NCBI RefSeq assembly: GCF_026571515.1
Contig: NW_026852332.1
Location: 310,001-374,000 of the forward strand
Source of the DNA: Ruditapes philippinarum
Taxonomy: Eukaryota
Length of the DNA: 64,000 nt
Direction of reading: 5' to 3'
Shown here: one piece after another, positions 12,536 through 24,995 of the stretch
How the letters are laid out: each line of letters begins with the position of its first letter
How positions within the stretch are numbered: position 1 is the first letter of the stretch
Translations under genes and position numbers: made by a program
Notes under the pieces: model-generated
Database searches by the model: none
What the model was told of the DNA's origin: nothing
Seen by the model: the letters and a program-made list of their open reading frames with translations, nothing else

Positions 12536-15500
12536 TTTGACGCACGGTTTGCAAGATAAAAATAGACATGGTGTATACAAGTACGGGTCAAGAAGGGGAG
12601 CCTTGCACATAACCCCCAAGTCAAGTGTTTGTGAATTTCTTGATAATAAAAATAGATAGATCTGAAAAGTATAAAGTAGGGGACCATCCTACACAGACTC
12701 TTTTGAAGTAATCGTACAGAATACTTAATCAAAATAAAATTAAATGAAAAACTCGATATTTCTATTCATATAAAGCGAAAAAGTGGACATATTGTTTAAA
12801 AATCATACCAAAACTTGAGAATCCATGTTTTAGTTTTTGACGTGGAAGTGTCACATAGACGCTTGATTATTTGATCGTAGGTATTTGCCGTACTGTGTCG
12901 TACCATAATTATAAGAATAATAAAGAATAATAAAAGCGTGGAAAATTAGGGTAACGCGTTGGGAAACTTTATTTTGCAAAAATTGAAATCTAAAACTCTG
13001 TACTAAAGTTCACAACAAAATTAATTTCTAAACTGACTTTTTATATAAATGAAATTTTTTAAGGTGTTTAAAACATGATTTGATTACAATGTTGAGCATG
13101 TTACGTACCGTTTCTAATTTGATAAATATTATATATCTTTGCATAACTACTTATGTATATCTATTTATTTATATCTTTTTAAATAATGCTCTCTTTTTCG
13201 TTTCCTTTCTTTTTAACTTAACACTGAGATTAGCTGAAGTACGTAAATTATTATGTTTACTACTATCATTTATATATCATAAATATAATATATAAATATA
13301 TAATCCAATTGCCAAATTTTTCAAAGATAATTAACTCTCAAACTAACTGAAAATAAGTCCTTAATTAAGTCCATTAATAATTCTTGTGGCGAATCGTTAC
13401 ATTACCATTTATTTCACTTTCTTCTGTTGAAAACTATAACACGTAGATCTAAGATAATAAATTATTTGTTTCAATAATTTCACGTGGATCCAACTAAATA
13501 TGCACTATCTAGATATACATCTTTTATTCTGTGTGTAAAATACTATTAAAGATTCGATCAAAACAGGGTATGATTTCTGATCATATTTACATTTACTATA
13601 CAATTATGAATCTCATTTAAACATATAAATAGAACATCATAAAAAATATAACAGCTGTATAGAGGCTAATTCTCATTCTTCATGCATACTGGTTTTGTGA
13701 TTTTTTTTTTGATTTTTTTTGTGACATACAATTTAAAATATCAAGAAAAAGTGGTCGAAGATAAGTATTGTTCTCTAAATCCTTACTAATTGGAGCCTGG
13801 GCCCCAGCTAATCTTCAAGTCATAAAACACCGTCAGTCAAAACGCGCACGTGCATTGAGGTACATGTATCTGTTGGACACAGTGTGTAATAGTCTATACT
13901 CAGGGTCATGCAGAAGATTTTGATACATGTATTACTGAATCAGTTTAGAGGTAGTAAGTAAATCTACAGATAAATTATAAATAGCCCCTTGAATGTGATG
14001 ATGATATATATCCGAATTTGCAATAAGTGCTTTTTAAAAGAAAAAAACTTTTTTAAAGATAAAATACAAAGCATTAATGTGAAATTTTACCTGTTAAAAT
14101 GTTTCAAAATTAACAGTTTAAGGTTTTTTTATGGTTTCTACTATACATTATGCAACCTTATTCATATTCGTATGAAATGAAAGTTTCGAAGAAAGGTCTG
14201 AAATTTTCTGGAAAATATAGAATGTGCATTTTAAAATGTGCACTCGAAAGTACATCAGAAGCTATCATTAATATTTCAAGAAAGACTAGCACTTACAACA
14301 CCACTCCATGTATAAATGTCTTTTTGTTGATAAAATGTAGAAATTGAAATTTTAATCGTATTTTTGGAATTACACCAGAAAACTCTATTTCATTATTAGC
14401 ACTCTAGTTGCATAATCTTAAGTCTGAGCCACGTTTAAATGTGCACGTAAAGTCTACCAGAAGCCACCATGTAACATGCAAATTTTCTTTTTTCCTGGGA
14501 AAAGGACTCCACAGACCCCCATCCACATTTTAGAAACAGGAGGGGGTCATTTTTAAGCATCCCTGCCATTTCCATATTTCAGCCTGCCTTATTGTTATTT
14601 AATACAAATTCAACAAAAATGAGGAAATGTAACTAAATGTCAGTAATTTTCCTTACTTGTCAATCATAAGTACATGTAAATGATTTTACTTGAAGCGTCA
14701 GTTTTTATTTACAATATCATTTTAATCACGTACTAGTTATATATACATATCACACTGCAACTGACAGAAAATATTTGCCAAATGCTGCTTAGGCCGGTTT
14801 TAGGAGACGTGGACAGTAGCTTACTCTTTCCAGTACTCTCGTTGAACTGAATCATTCTTACCGAGCCTGCAAACTTTTAAATTTTGCCGTTTTGGAATTT
14901 CTTTTGGGATTCTAGTTCTCTCTATTTTACGTTTAAAACCAAATATTTAAATAATTTGTTTGATCTGTATGATTTGGTACAGCTTGGAAGACATCACGTT
15001 CTTCCCAGGGTACACTTGCACTAGGAGACATTAATAATAGTGTGCTCAACTCAATGTAATAATAAATTTCATACATGTGAACAATTTTCGATGATCAAGT
15101 GGGAGATTATTCTTCAAAAAGAGGGAGATTTTAAAATTTGCAATAATCAAAGAAGGAAGTTCTGACTTCAAAAAAATAGGTAGATTTCTTTAATTTGTGA
15201 AAATACCCCTTATTTTAAGAAAAATCTTTGAAAATATGCCTTCAGAAAGTGGGAGTCTCCCGCTAAAAGTGGGAGAGTTCACATGTAACTATGTGTATTT
15301 AGGGAGGATTATCCCATTATAAAATATTTTTCAAAAATAATTTACATGTAGATCACAGTACAGAACTAGTCAAACTAATTGAACTGCGCAATGAGATATT
15401 GTGCTATTTTTTGACTGTGCAATATCTCGCCTCTAAAAGCGAGATTTTGACCTAGAACGAAAATATCTCAGAATCTAGCTATGACACGTCTATATATTTT

Positions 15501-16563
15501 GACTATAAGTACGGTACGATCACATAGGTTGGCAAAATCAAACAGATGCTAAAATTATTTTTCTACAGTACACTATATAAGAATTCAATATTTATGAACA
15601 TTATTTTTACTCAGCAAGTGCAAAATTATTGATTAATGGATGAAAGTTAACAATAGGATTACGCGTGATTCTGTTGTGCACTCTAAATATCACATCACGG
15701 TATAGTACGGTCCTTAACGGAGAAAAGCACAGTTTCTTTCAAAAATCACGGTGTGGCTGCGTTATGGCGTCACCTGCCTAAGGTTCACAACACAAAATTT
15801 TGAGAGAAGATAACTTTCAATAAAATGCTTCTGATGATTCAAAATATACTCAAAAGTATGCCATTCCCTTAAATGTACATTAATGATGTATTTAACATAT
15901 TCAGTAATGAGATTTTATAGTCAATATTGATGTTAAAGGTGAAGAGAATTTTAAGCGCGAAGGGTGCGGGTGGGGTACAACTAAATTTTTATGAATATAT
16001 TTAAGGGCCTATTTCAGGCATATTCTGACGATAAACAGTGTTGATGTGTGTTAAAAAAACAACACGTGAGATCCTTTTTAACACAACGTTATATAGCTAC
16101 CTCGTATAGATTCCATGATAATTTCCTGTTAATTTTTTGTGAAGAAATTTTTAGAATCTCATTCTGGGTCAGTTAGGCCCTGAAACTATGCCTTATTTTC
16201 ATCATTTATGACTACCCTTCAGCCTGTGACCTAAATAGATGTCTTGGGTAAATGCTTTTGCAGTAACAAATGTCATCTGAAATTACACATTGTTTAGCCG
16301 AAACTCGACAGTTTGGTCCAAAATCCAATCTAAATTTGTTTTAAACAGGTAGTTATCTGCTAACCCAACAATCTGTTTGATGTACTAATTACTTAATATG
16401 TTACTGTTCCTTAATTATCAAACAAACGGGCTAGAAAAAAATGTTCTTATTATAATGTAAATATTAAATCAAGATTTCAATATTTACGCATATTGATCAG
16501 ATCGGACAGAAAATAACCAACCAACATTTAGTGGTGTGTCATTAATATTTTGATGATATTAAT

Positions 16564-18313
16564 TAGGTCTGTCATGGATGGAAAATTTTTTATTGATATA
16601 TTGAGAGACAAATATTGACGATATATCATCTTTGACAGTAGATAGAATGAAAAACATAAATATGTCATGTGTTATAAATATGTGTTATAAATTGGGAATT
16701 CATGGGTTTTAAAATGGCAATGCACATTTAGCTTGTAAATAAAACATTATAAATACTACAAACTAACAGAAATTTTGTTTTTCTATAATTTTTGTCAATG
16801 AGATTTGAAAATGAAGTTTAAAGTTTGTTAGCCAAGAAAACTTAAAAACAATGACTTCCCTTATTTCGCAAAATAGAGAAGGTAATATTCACAAAAAAAT
16901 AAAAATAAATGTGAGCTTGTATTGATATTTGAAAGTGTGTATTGATATTATATCTGATTATGAATATTGATGGTATATCCAGTGATTAATCTAGATGTGC
17001 GTCTTGCGTAAAATACGCATAAAAATCGAAAAAGACGCACAGTTTCAAAATATGTGCGTTCAATTTGACGCATGAAAATCAGGTGGTTTATAATCGAAAA
17101 TATCATGATTAGTGATTTCTATGTACTGTTTTAATCAGTTGAATAATTTTTCAATTTCTTCAGTTGAATAATTTAATTTCCGATGATTACTTGTGCAAGA
17201 CTAATCCCCAATTTGCTTGAAACGTTAAATCCCTGCGATCGGTAACCGCCCATTATCGGCATTAGCCAATTAGAGCGCCCATTTTGCATGAGAGCGAATC
17301 GCCTACAATGGTGAAATATGCAGAGATCTGCCTGTGCCATTGGCGCTAAAAAATGAGAATGGCACAGGAAAATCGTCAGCAAAGGGCCAAGGGTGCATCT
17401 AAAATCTGTGCCAGACTTATATTGTATGTTATTTCGTCATCCAGACAAAACTGGTACCAACAGCAACAGGTTACCCATTCCCATGTAATTCCGCATTATT
17501 CTTGAGTTTATCCATTTCCATATAGCATTTTTCCAATTATCTACTTACCTTATCCCTTTCCCACACAGATAAGCATTTCTACTACCGTAAATTTAATCCA
17601 ATAAACAAACAAAAAATCATTAATCTACTTAATATTTTAAATAAATATCGGTAACTGAAAAAAAAGTGTTGCTATTTTAAGAAATGCTGTAAGTTACAGT
17701 ATAATCTGACAGGTGTGTAAATTGAATTCCCCTAAGGTCACTCAAGTTCACGCGGAGTGTAAAAAAAAAGATGTCTATTACGTCATCAGAATATTTGACA
17801 GGGTGATTAACCAATCAGGGAAACATTGTGCATGACTTTTTCATGATCAAAAGGTCTGTCTGTGTATGCTTTCTACACAGAGGCCATACAAGGAGCAATA
17901 AAAGTTGTCAGTATGTTATACAGTGTTTAAAGGGACATTTTTTTGCAAATTACGAACAATTAAAATGGATAATGCACAGTATTAGACATAAGTAGTAAGA
18001 AAATATAAATTATGCAAATTAGATTTTTGAGCAGCCAATAAAAATTGTTTTGCCTGCAATTAATATTAGTACCAAAAAAAAACTTTTTTATACACTTTAA
18101 TTACTTAATCGCTTGTTATAAAAACATGCAAATCATGTCAAAGATCTGCTTTTAAAAAAAAAATTCTGCTAAGACGCATTTATTTTGCTACATGACTCAT
18201 TGATTTTGCTAAAGGACTCATTGTTTTCAAACATGTGCGTCATCCGACGCATTGTAAGGAATTTCTAGATTAATCACTGTATATCAATATTGTGATATTC
18301 AATGACAGCCCTA
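16564..18313. mobile_element. hAT-like non-autonomous element (TAGG(G/T)CTGTCAT ends) hosting a nested insertion
   Basis: taggtctgtcat at 16564 and atgacagcccta ending 18313; gatat/atatc-rich subterminal repeats. Confidence 0.6.
16980..18279. mobile_element. 1.3 kb non-autonomous DNA transposon, 16 bp perfect TIR, 6 bp TSD
   Basis: CAGTGATTAATCTAGA at 16980-16995 and its reverse complement at 18264-18279; TATATC on both flanks; multiple gacgca/tgcgtc subterminal motifs. Confidence 0.88.
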
Positions 18314-18846
18314 GATTACATTAAATTACAGAGTGAATCGGATTTCACAAATTTATTAGAAGAGTCTGAATGATTCTGACCCTATACAAGCTGGGTACAA
18401 GGCATGCATTAAAACTAATGGTTATACTAACTTCTTCATGATTTTCTTCAAGAATCTTTGAAATAATGTTCATTTACAATAAATGTTTTACCAATGCAAA
18501 ATCCTTCCTCTTGGACAGGGGAAACCTGTAGAGTTTAGGGTATGCAACAGCCATTTGTTGCTGCCAATTTCAACTTTACCGCTTATAGCCACAGCAACCT
18601 ATCAATTAATTTTATTGAATTAATTTTTATTATCTGAAAAAAATCACAGCAATTTGCTGCGAAATTGCCTTTTTCTAATAAAGAATGCTCAGTATTTGAA
18701 GTTTTGGCGAGCTAATCAGGGCTGTCATGAATCTTTTGTTTCAAGTTTGGTAAGAAGTTTTTTAAAATAAATTTTTATTTGCTTCTTTCAGATTGACATT
18801 TTATCCACATAACAGTAGTTTAATTGAAACAGAAGCAGCAGCGGAA

Positions 18847-19645
18847 ATGGCAGCAAAACAGAAAGAAGAGGTAGTGGACAGTTCTGAAGATGAGGCTGAT
18901 AGTTTTGATAATTATGGTGTGTTCCAGAGTGACTATGAATTTAAATTTGTACAGGAGGGTAATGATAAGACAACACTTATGTTGCCTCCTGTTACATATG
19001 ACAGTATGGAAGTCAAGTATTTCAATGTTGAAATAGAGGTTGACAGTGAATTGCTTGTTAGTGCACTTGAAAAAGAAAAGACAGTGAATGGCACAACCAG
19101 ATTTTTTTTCCGAATAGCTAAATCTGGTGGGCAACTTGGTCAAGGGGATGATGGTGAGGCATATGAAAAGCTTGGTGAAGATGGTTATGATTATGGGGAA
19201 ATGAAAGACAAAGCTGAAGTACAAGCAAAAAAGCCAAAGGGAAAAAATCCTAAGGCCAGAGCTCCAATGGATGCTCACAACTACAGTAAACAAAAAGTAA
19301 TGGTGAAGTCTGCACCAACTATTAAAGTTGAAAGCGAAGAATTGCCAACAATGAATTTGGATGGTACACAACTTGATGATGAGGAGGAGGAAGAAGAAGA
19401 GGATGAAGGCGAAGATGTGGAAGATGATGGTGATGACGATGATGATATGGATGATCTTGAAGAAATTGAAATGTTAGGAGATGCGTCACTGGCAGAGGAT
19501 GACCAGACTGGTTCACCAAGAACACCAAAAAGGAAGAAACCCAAACAAGAACCAACATCATCTGGCAAGAAGAGACGAAAGTATGACAAGACAAATTATT
19601 ACAGTAAAGAATCTACCAACTTCTCTGTAGAGATGACAGATGAAG
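18847..19645 (+). CDS. Constant (shared) coding exon of a multi-isoform C2H2 zinc-finger gene: N-terminal domain, acidic tract, NLS
   Basis: Acceptor ttctttcag at 18791; first ATG in gaaATGg context at 18847 (frame is open upstream, so an earlier coding exon is possible). 266 codons with a D/E tract and PKRKK/KKRRK. Ends GAA G|GTTAGT, a phase-1 donor. Confidence 0.88.
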
Positions 19646-20385
19646 GTTAGTCAATCTGATTTTCTGTAACTTTTACATGAACATCTCAAGTCATTTCCTT
19701 AACACTTAGCCTGCTGACTCTGGGGAAAATTATGGCTAAAATTGCTAATTTGGGAAGTAAAAAAGCTGGTGTCAACTGTTAAGTTCAGATTTTTTGGAAG
19801 ACAGTTTTTCAGAAAAGATAATTAATACCACTTTCTTCTGCGCAAAGTTGAGGGTCAGTTTATAAAATAGATTTTCATAGACTTAATCTTGATAGTGTTT
19901 AAGGTTTTATAATTTTTATGGAAATGTCTTGGATGTTCTTTTAGTAATAGGTTTTTCCCAAATCCTACATATTGAAATTTTACACATAGCTAAATAATAA
20001 TGAAATAGAAAGTTATTCAAAGTTTAAAAAATGTTAATTTATCATTCTGATGTCATGACACCAGATTTCAAATATTTTGTTTCACCAATATAAATATATA
20101 GACAAGGAATTGGGAAAAAGCCTGTTTTTTACTGTAAAGGGGTAACCCTTGGGTCATTTCACACATGTCTGATGATTTTAGAATAACTCTCCTTGAAACT
20201 TCATTTAAGCCCTGTTTCTATTTATTACAATCATTTTTACATATGTATGCTTAAAAAATAACCGTCTGAATTATAAAAGAAAGCATGAACAGAGTCAAAG
20301 GTAATGAAATGTTAATAACTTAATGTGATTGCAACCAGTCTAAATATCAAACATATGAGGGTTGATTGAAATTCTGACTGGTTTC

Positions 20386-20611
20386 AACCCATAACCTGCT
20401 GATTTTGTGTTATAGATTTGTCCTGCTTAGAATTTGGCAAACTCTTATCAAAGTTTAAAGGACTTCAATATCAAAATTAAAAAAATGAAGCTACTGGCTA
20501 TATATACAGAAAGGCCAGGTCAGACTGTGCATATGTGTAGGCTGGCACTGGCTTAGTTGTATACTAGTGGCAAAGATTTGTTACCTTTAGTTCCAGCAGA
20601 TTATGGGTTAA
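20386..20611. mobile_element. piggyBac-like MITE
   Basis: aaCCCATAACCTGCT … AGCAGATTATGGGttaa inverted ends; a related element lies at ~22285-22490. Confidence 0.6.
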
Positions 20612-21899
20612 TCTTCTGATTTTACATGTACAACCTCAGCATTTCTGACATGTTACCTTTAACATCCTAATGTTCATGAGTCCTAAGTTGCATTTTAAGT
20701 TCCTGTAAACAACTTCTTGAGTCCAGGAAGCCTATGTAAAGAGGTCCTGGAACACACATGTAAATGGAATAAGAATAAATATTTTTGCTCCATTTTATGT
20801 TTGAATAAGAGTTGACATTTAGAAAATTTTCAAAAACAAACTTTTGACAAGAAAAATCTACAAGAATCGTCTTTTTGAAAGAAGAAGATAATGCTTAATA
20901 TATGAGCTTTAAGAGTTAAATCTGAGGATATGCTGGCAGTCTCGGACAGTATTGAAGAGGTAAGTCCTTTTGATTTCTGAACCTTTTTATGTAGGATTCC
21001 TGGATTCTCTTTGTAAATTAATTGGATAAGAAGCATCTATAATGAACCCTAGTGTTATGTATTTAGTGAAATTTTTAGGAAAAATTTTCTAAGCAAAATG
21101 TGTTTGATTTTTGTGACAGTATACTAAGTTTCACATTGTTTCAGTCAAGTAATTCTGAGAAGTCTTGTTTTCAAGTGTTTTTGGATTGACGTACAGTGCT
21201 AGTCTTTTCTTGATGACATGATTAAGTAACTTCTCAAGTAACTGCGAACTTCTCTCAATGAATTACTAAGATAAGTTGATGGATTAATGGTCCTGTACAA
21301 AGTTTCAAGATTGAATGTTTCTTTATATATTATATGGACAGCGAATTTTTTCCTTCTTTGATTGTGTATGGTGAATTTTCCAAATTGAAAATACAGACAT
21401 TTTTTCCCAATTCTAAACAAAAAACACAACAATTATATTGGCATAAGGTATGATATTCGCCGAGAAATCAATCCTTGGAAAAAACTTCATTATTTTACAT
21501 TAGAACGCACCGATGAAACATATTCACATAGAAATGATAAGATAGACAAGGCACAATTGTAAAACAAAAGGCAATTTTCTGAACGCAGCATGTTTTATTG
21601 TACTAATACTTTGTATACCTGCAAATGGGAACTGAAGGCATGTAGGGCAAGGGACATTATTAAGTGATCAGTATTTCTAGAGTTCTGTCCCTTCTTTTAC
21701 ATGGAAAATAAACTTGTATTATTGTAGACAATATCTTTCACATTCATAGATATTCATCTTAAAGTGAAGTGCATATCAGTTATACCATCACAACACTTTT
21801 GAATTTAATTATATCATTGTTGCAATAAAAGGAGCTCTTTTGAGTTAAAAAAATCTAATAACAGAAAATTTGAAATTCTTACATAGATCAAGTGAAGCA

Positions 21900-21936
<37 letters not shown>

Positions 21937-22971
21937 CAAAGGAAAGTAAAAAATGCTCATTAAATTGAAAAATTTTGTGTGCCTAATTTTGTAAGTTACT
22001 AACACTTCATTTTTGGATCATTTTGCGCAATTTACATCATTGAACAGATGAGCCTTGGCACAATATGTGTTGTGCTTGTATTTATTTGTGGGGACATTTC
22101 ATCAAATGCATGTCTTTAATTTATTCCAAGTGGTGGCTTATTTTGTGGATAGGCATGCAGTGTTTTAAATTATTTATTTTGTGAAACTTGTCCAGCTAAT
22201 TGTTCTAGATATGTCTTAAGTTTTACTGTCTTTAAAGCTAGCGATTACTAATTCACTAATTTATGTAATACTAGAATGCCAATGAACCCTTAGCCCGCTG
22301 GTGGCAAAAGATTCTACCCATGCAACTAGTGCAAACCAAGAGGCACATCAATACTTTTGAATTTCATTTGCACTGTAGGCTTTTCAGTCAGTACTTAGTT
22401 CGAAAATTTCCCGTAAAAATGAAAAGTGGTTTTGTCCTGAATGAAAGATTGACAAGTCACTTTTAAGATGTTTAGTGCGGTAGGGGTTAAAGCTGTTTGT
22501 ATTTTAGCTTTTTGAACCTACTGTAGAAGGTGTTTTCCTATATAACTTGTATCATGATAATATTCCTATTTGGAGAGTCAGGTCAACTGGCATAGTACTT
22601 ATTAAACATTAGTCCTGATTCTAAAAACCTGTATAATGACCTTAACTTTCTTGATATTGACAATGGACACTGTGTTGTATTTACTAAGTCATTGATGAAA
22701 GGTTAAAGCTTGTAGTTCTAAACTTGTTTAAATTTGTCATATCTTGAAAAGGAAAGTTATAGAGGTTGAGATTTGGGGTATAAAGTACTAAAAAAAATTT
22801 ATTTAATAAATTTATTTGAAACCTCGGATAAGCTTTATTTTGTCAAAATAAACAAAAATGTTTTATGTTACTTAAATAATGTTTTCAGTGCAGTTTAAAA
22901 AATTTTGTTTGGTCATTTTTTTTTCTACATTTATACATGTTTAAATCTCAACCTCTCAATTTCCTTTACAG

Positions 22972-23630
22972 GAAAGACAAAATTCATCTGTAGGCATTGT
23001 GGGAAGATTTGTAATACAGCCGGAAACATGAGGGATCATTTAGTGATACACATAGACAAAAGAACATTTGCATGCGATGAATGTCCAGCTTGGTTTAAAA
23101 GTATGAAGGCTCTTCAGCGGCATTCTGTGCGTCACACTGTCAAGACTGTCAAGTGCGGTACTTGTAGTGCACTTTTTTACACAACGTCAGAATGTAAGAG
23201 CCATGCAAGTGTTCATATGGACGACAGAAAGTACATTTGTGATATTTGCAATCTAGCGTTCAATCATTCAACGTCTCTATCACGTCATAAAAAAGTTCAC
23301 GCGAGTAGGGGCGACCGGCAGCAGTTTCTATGTCATTTATGTACAGCAGTGTTCTACCGCAAAGACAATATTAGACGTCATTTGAAAAGTATTCATGGAT
23401 CGGATGAAGTACCGGAGCCTCGTAAACAAAACGCAGATAAGTGGATTAGGAACAAACGTATACAGACAAGAGGTAGAACAACTAAATTCTGGTCTGATCC
23501 TCATGATGTTGCACAAAAAGGATTTGATAAACTTGAGGACGATCAAAGTAAAGGGAAATCAAGTGTTTCAAAAGGACGTCGAAGTTTGACTCGGTGCAAA
23601 ATAAACAATACATTAGATTCCACAGAATGA
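22972..23630 (+). CDS. Alternative terminal exon A, 5 C2H2 zinc fingers
   Basis: ttcctttacag|GA AAG ACA AAA TTC ATC TGT; phase 1, in frame with the constant exon. Five CxxC…HxxxH units; ends TGA. Confidence 0.9.
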
Positions 23631-24402
23631 TACATTTTGACATTTACAAGAGATTGAAAAAATCTATGAAAAAATTCTGTTAACTGTCGACAGATATTCT
23701 GTCGACAGCAGTTGGGTTATTCTAAGTATTGTCAATAATTTTAACACTGATAATCATGATGATAGCAGTACAAATATGTGTAGGCAAATATCAGAAGGTG
23801 GCAGTTGTGACAGTAATTTGAAAGAATCCACTGTCGAATTATGGCATACTTACATGTACGAAATATCTATAAAAGCTCTATTAATGTATAAAAAGAATGA
23901 AATAGATGAATGCTTTGAAGATCATCTTCCAAAGAGTAACGAAGACAAATTTTGTGTCGAAGAAATAAAAACGATAACAAGTTCAGCATGTTTTAAATGT
24001 GAAATTTTTACATTTTATACCTATATGTGTATGTATTAACAAAGTTTTTAGAGAATGTCAAATGGAAAGACTGTTTCATTATTTAGATCTAACTTTTTGC
24101 AAAGCATTAGCAAAGAAACTTAAATATGAAACCTTATAAATTGTATTGAAAGTAGAAATGTAATTTTTATGTTGCCTCGAAAAGGCGACATATAGGTGTT
24201 ACTTTTGTCTGTGTCGTTGTCGGCATCCCCTAAGGCTCGTCCAGAGCATAAATCAGTCACTATAAGTTGGATTGACTCCAAACATGGTATGCATGCTTTC
24301 TTCAATAACACAATGTGCAGTGCACATGAATCGGTACTCAGCACGTCTTTATTATGGAATTGAAACTATCAATAGTTATAATTATGTAGTCTGAAGAATA
24401 TT

Positions 24403-24995
24403 TGACATTTTTGCATAAATGTAGAATACTCCGACATTATTTGCATAAATGTAGAACGGGCTGACATTATTTGCATAAATGTAGAACAGTCTGACATTGT
24501 TTGCATAAATGTAGAACAGTCTGACATTATTTGCATAAATGTAGAACAGTCTGACATTATTTGCATAAATGTAGAACAGTCTGACATTATTTGCATAAAT
24601 GTAGAACAGTCTGACATTATTTGCATAAATATAGAACAGTGACATTATTTGCATAAATGTAGAACAGTCTGTCATTATTTGCATAAATTTAGAACAGTCT
24701 GACATTATATGCATAAATTTAGATCAGTCTGACATTATTTGCATAAATGTAGAACAGCCTGACATTATTTGCATAAATGTAGAACAGTCTGACAATATTT
24801 GCATAAATGTAGAAGAGGCTGACATTATTTGCATAAATGTAGAACAGTCTGTCATTATTTGTATAAATGTAGAACAGTCTGACATTATTTACATAAATGT
24901 AGAACAGCCTGCCATTTGCATAAATGTAAAACAGTCTTTCATTATTTGTATAAATATAGAACAGCCTGACATTATTTGTATAAATGAAGAACGGC
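24403..24995. repeat. Minisatellite, 30 bp unit (ctgacattatttgcataaatgtagaacagt), about 20 copies
   Basis: Direct inspection; explains the MQIMSDCSTF ORFs. Confidence 0.95.

Noticed and set aside
18820-19594. Antisense ORFs over the constant exon (and similar ones over the finger exons)
   Set aside because: Shadow frames caused by codon bias of the plus-strand CDS.
20823-20965. Extra exon ending at the perfect donor GAG|GTAAGT (20959)
   Set aside because: No good acceptor gives an open phase-1 to phase-1 exon, and upstream frames contain stops. A non-coding or poison exon cannot be excluded without RNA data.
24369-24714. Repetitive minus-strand ORFs; CRISPR-like appearance
   Set aside because: 30 bp tandem repeat with no unique spacers, in a eukaryotic context.
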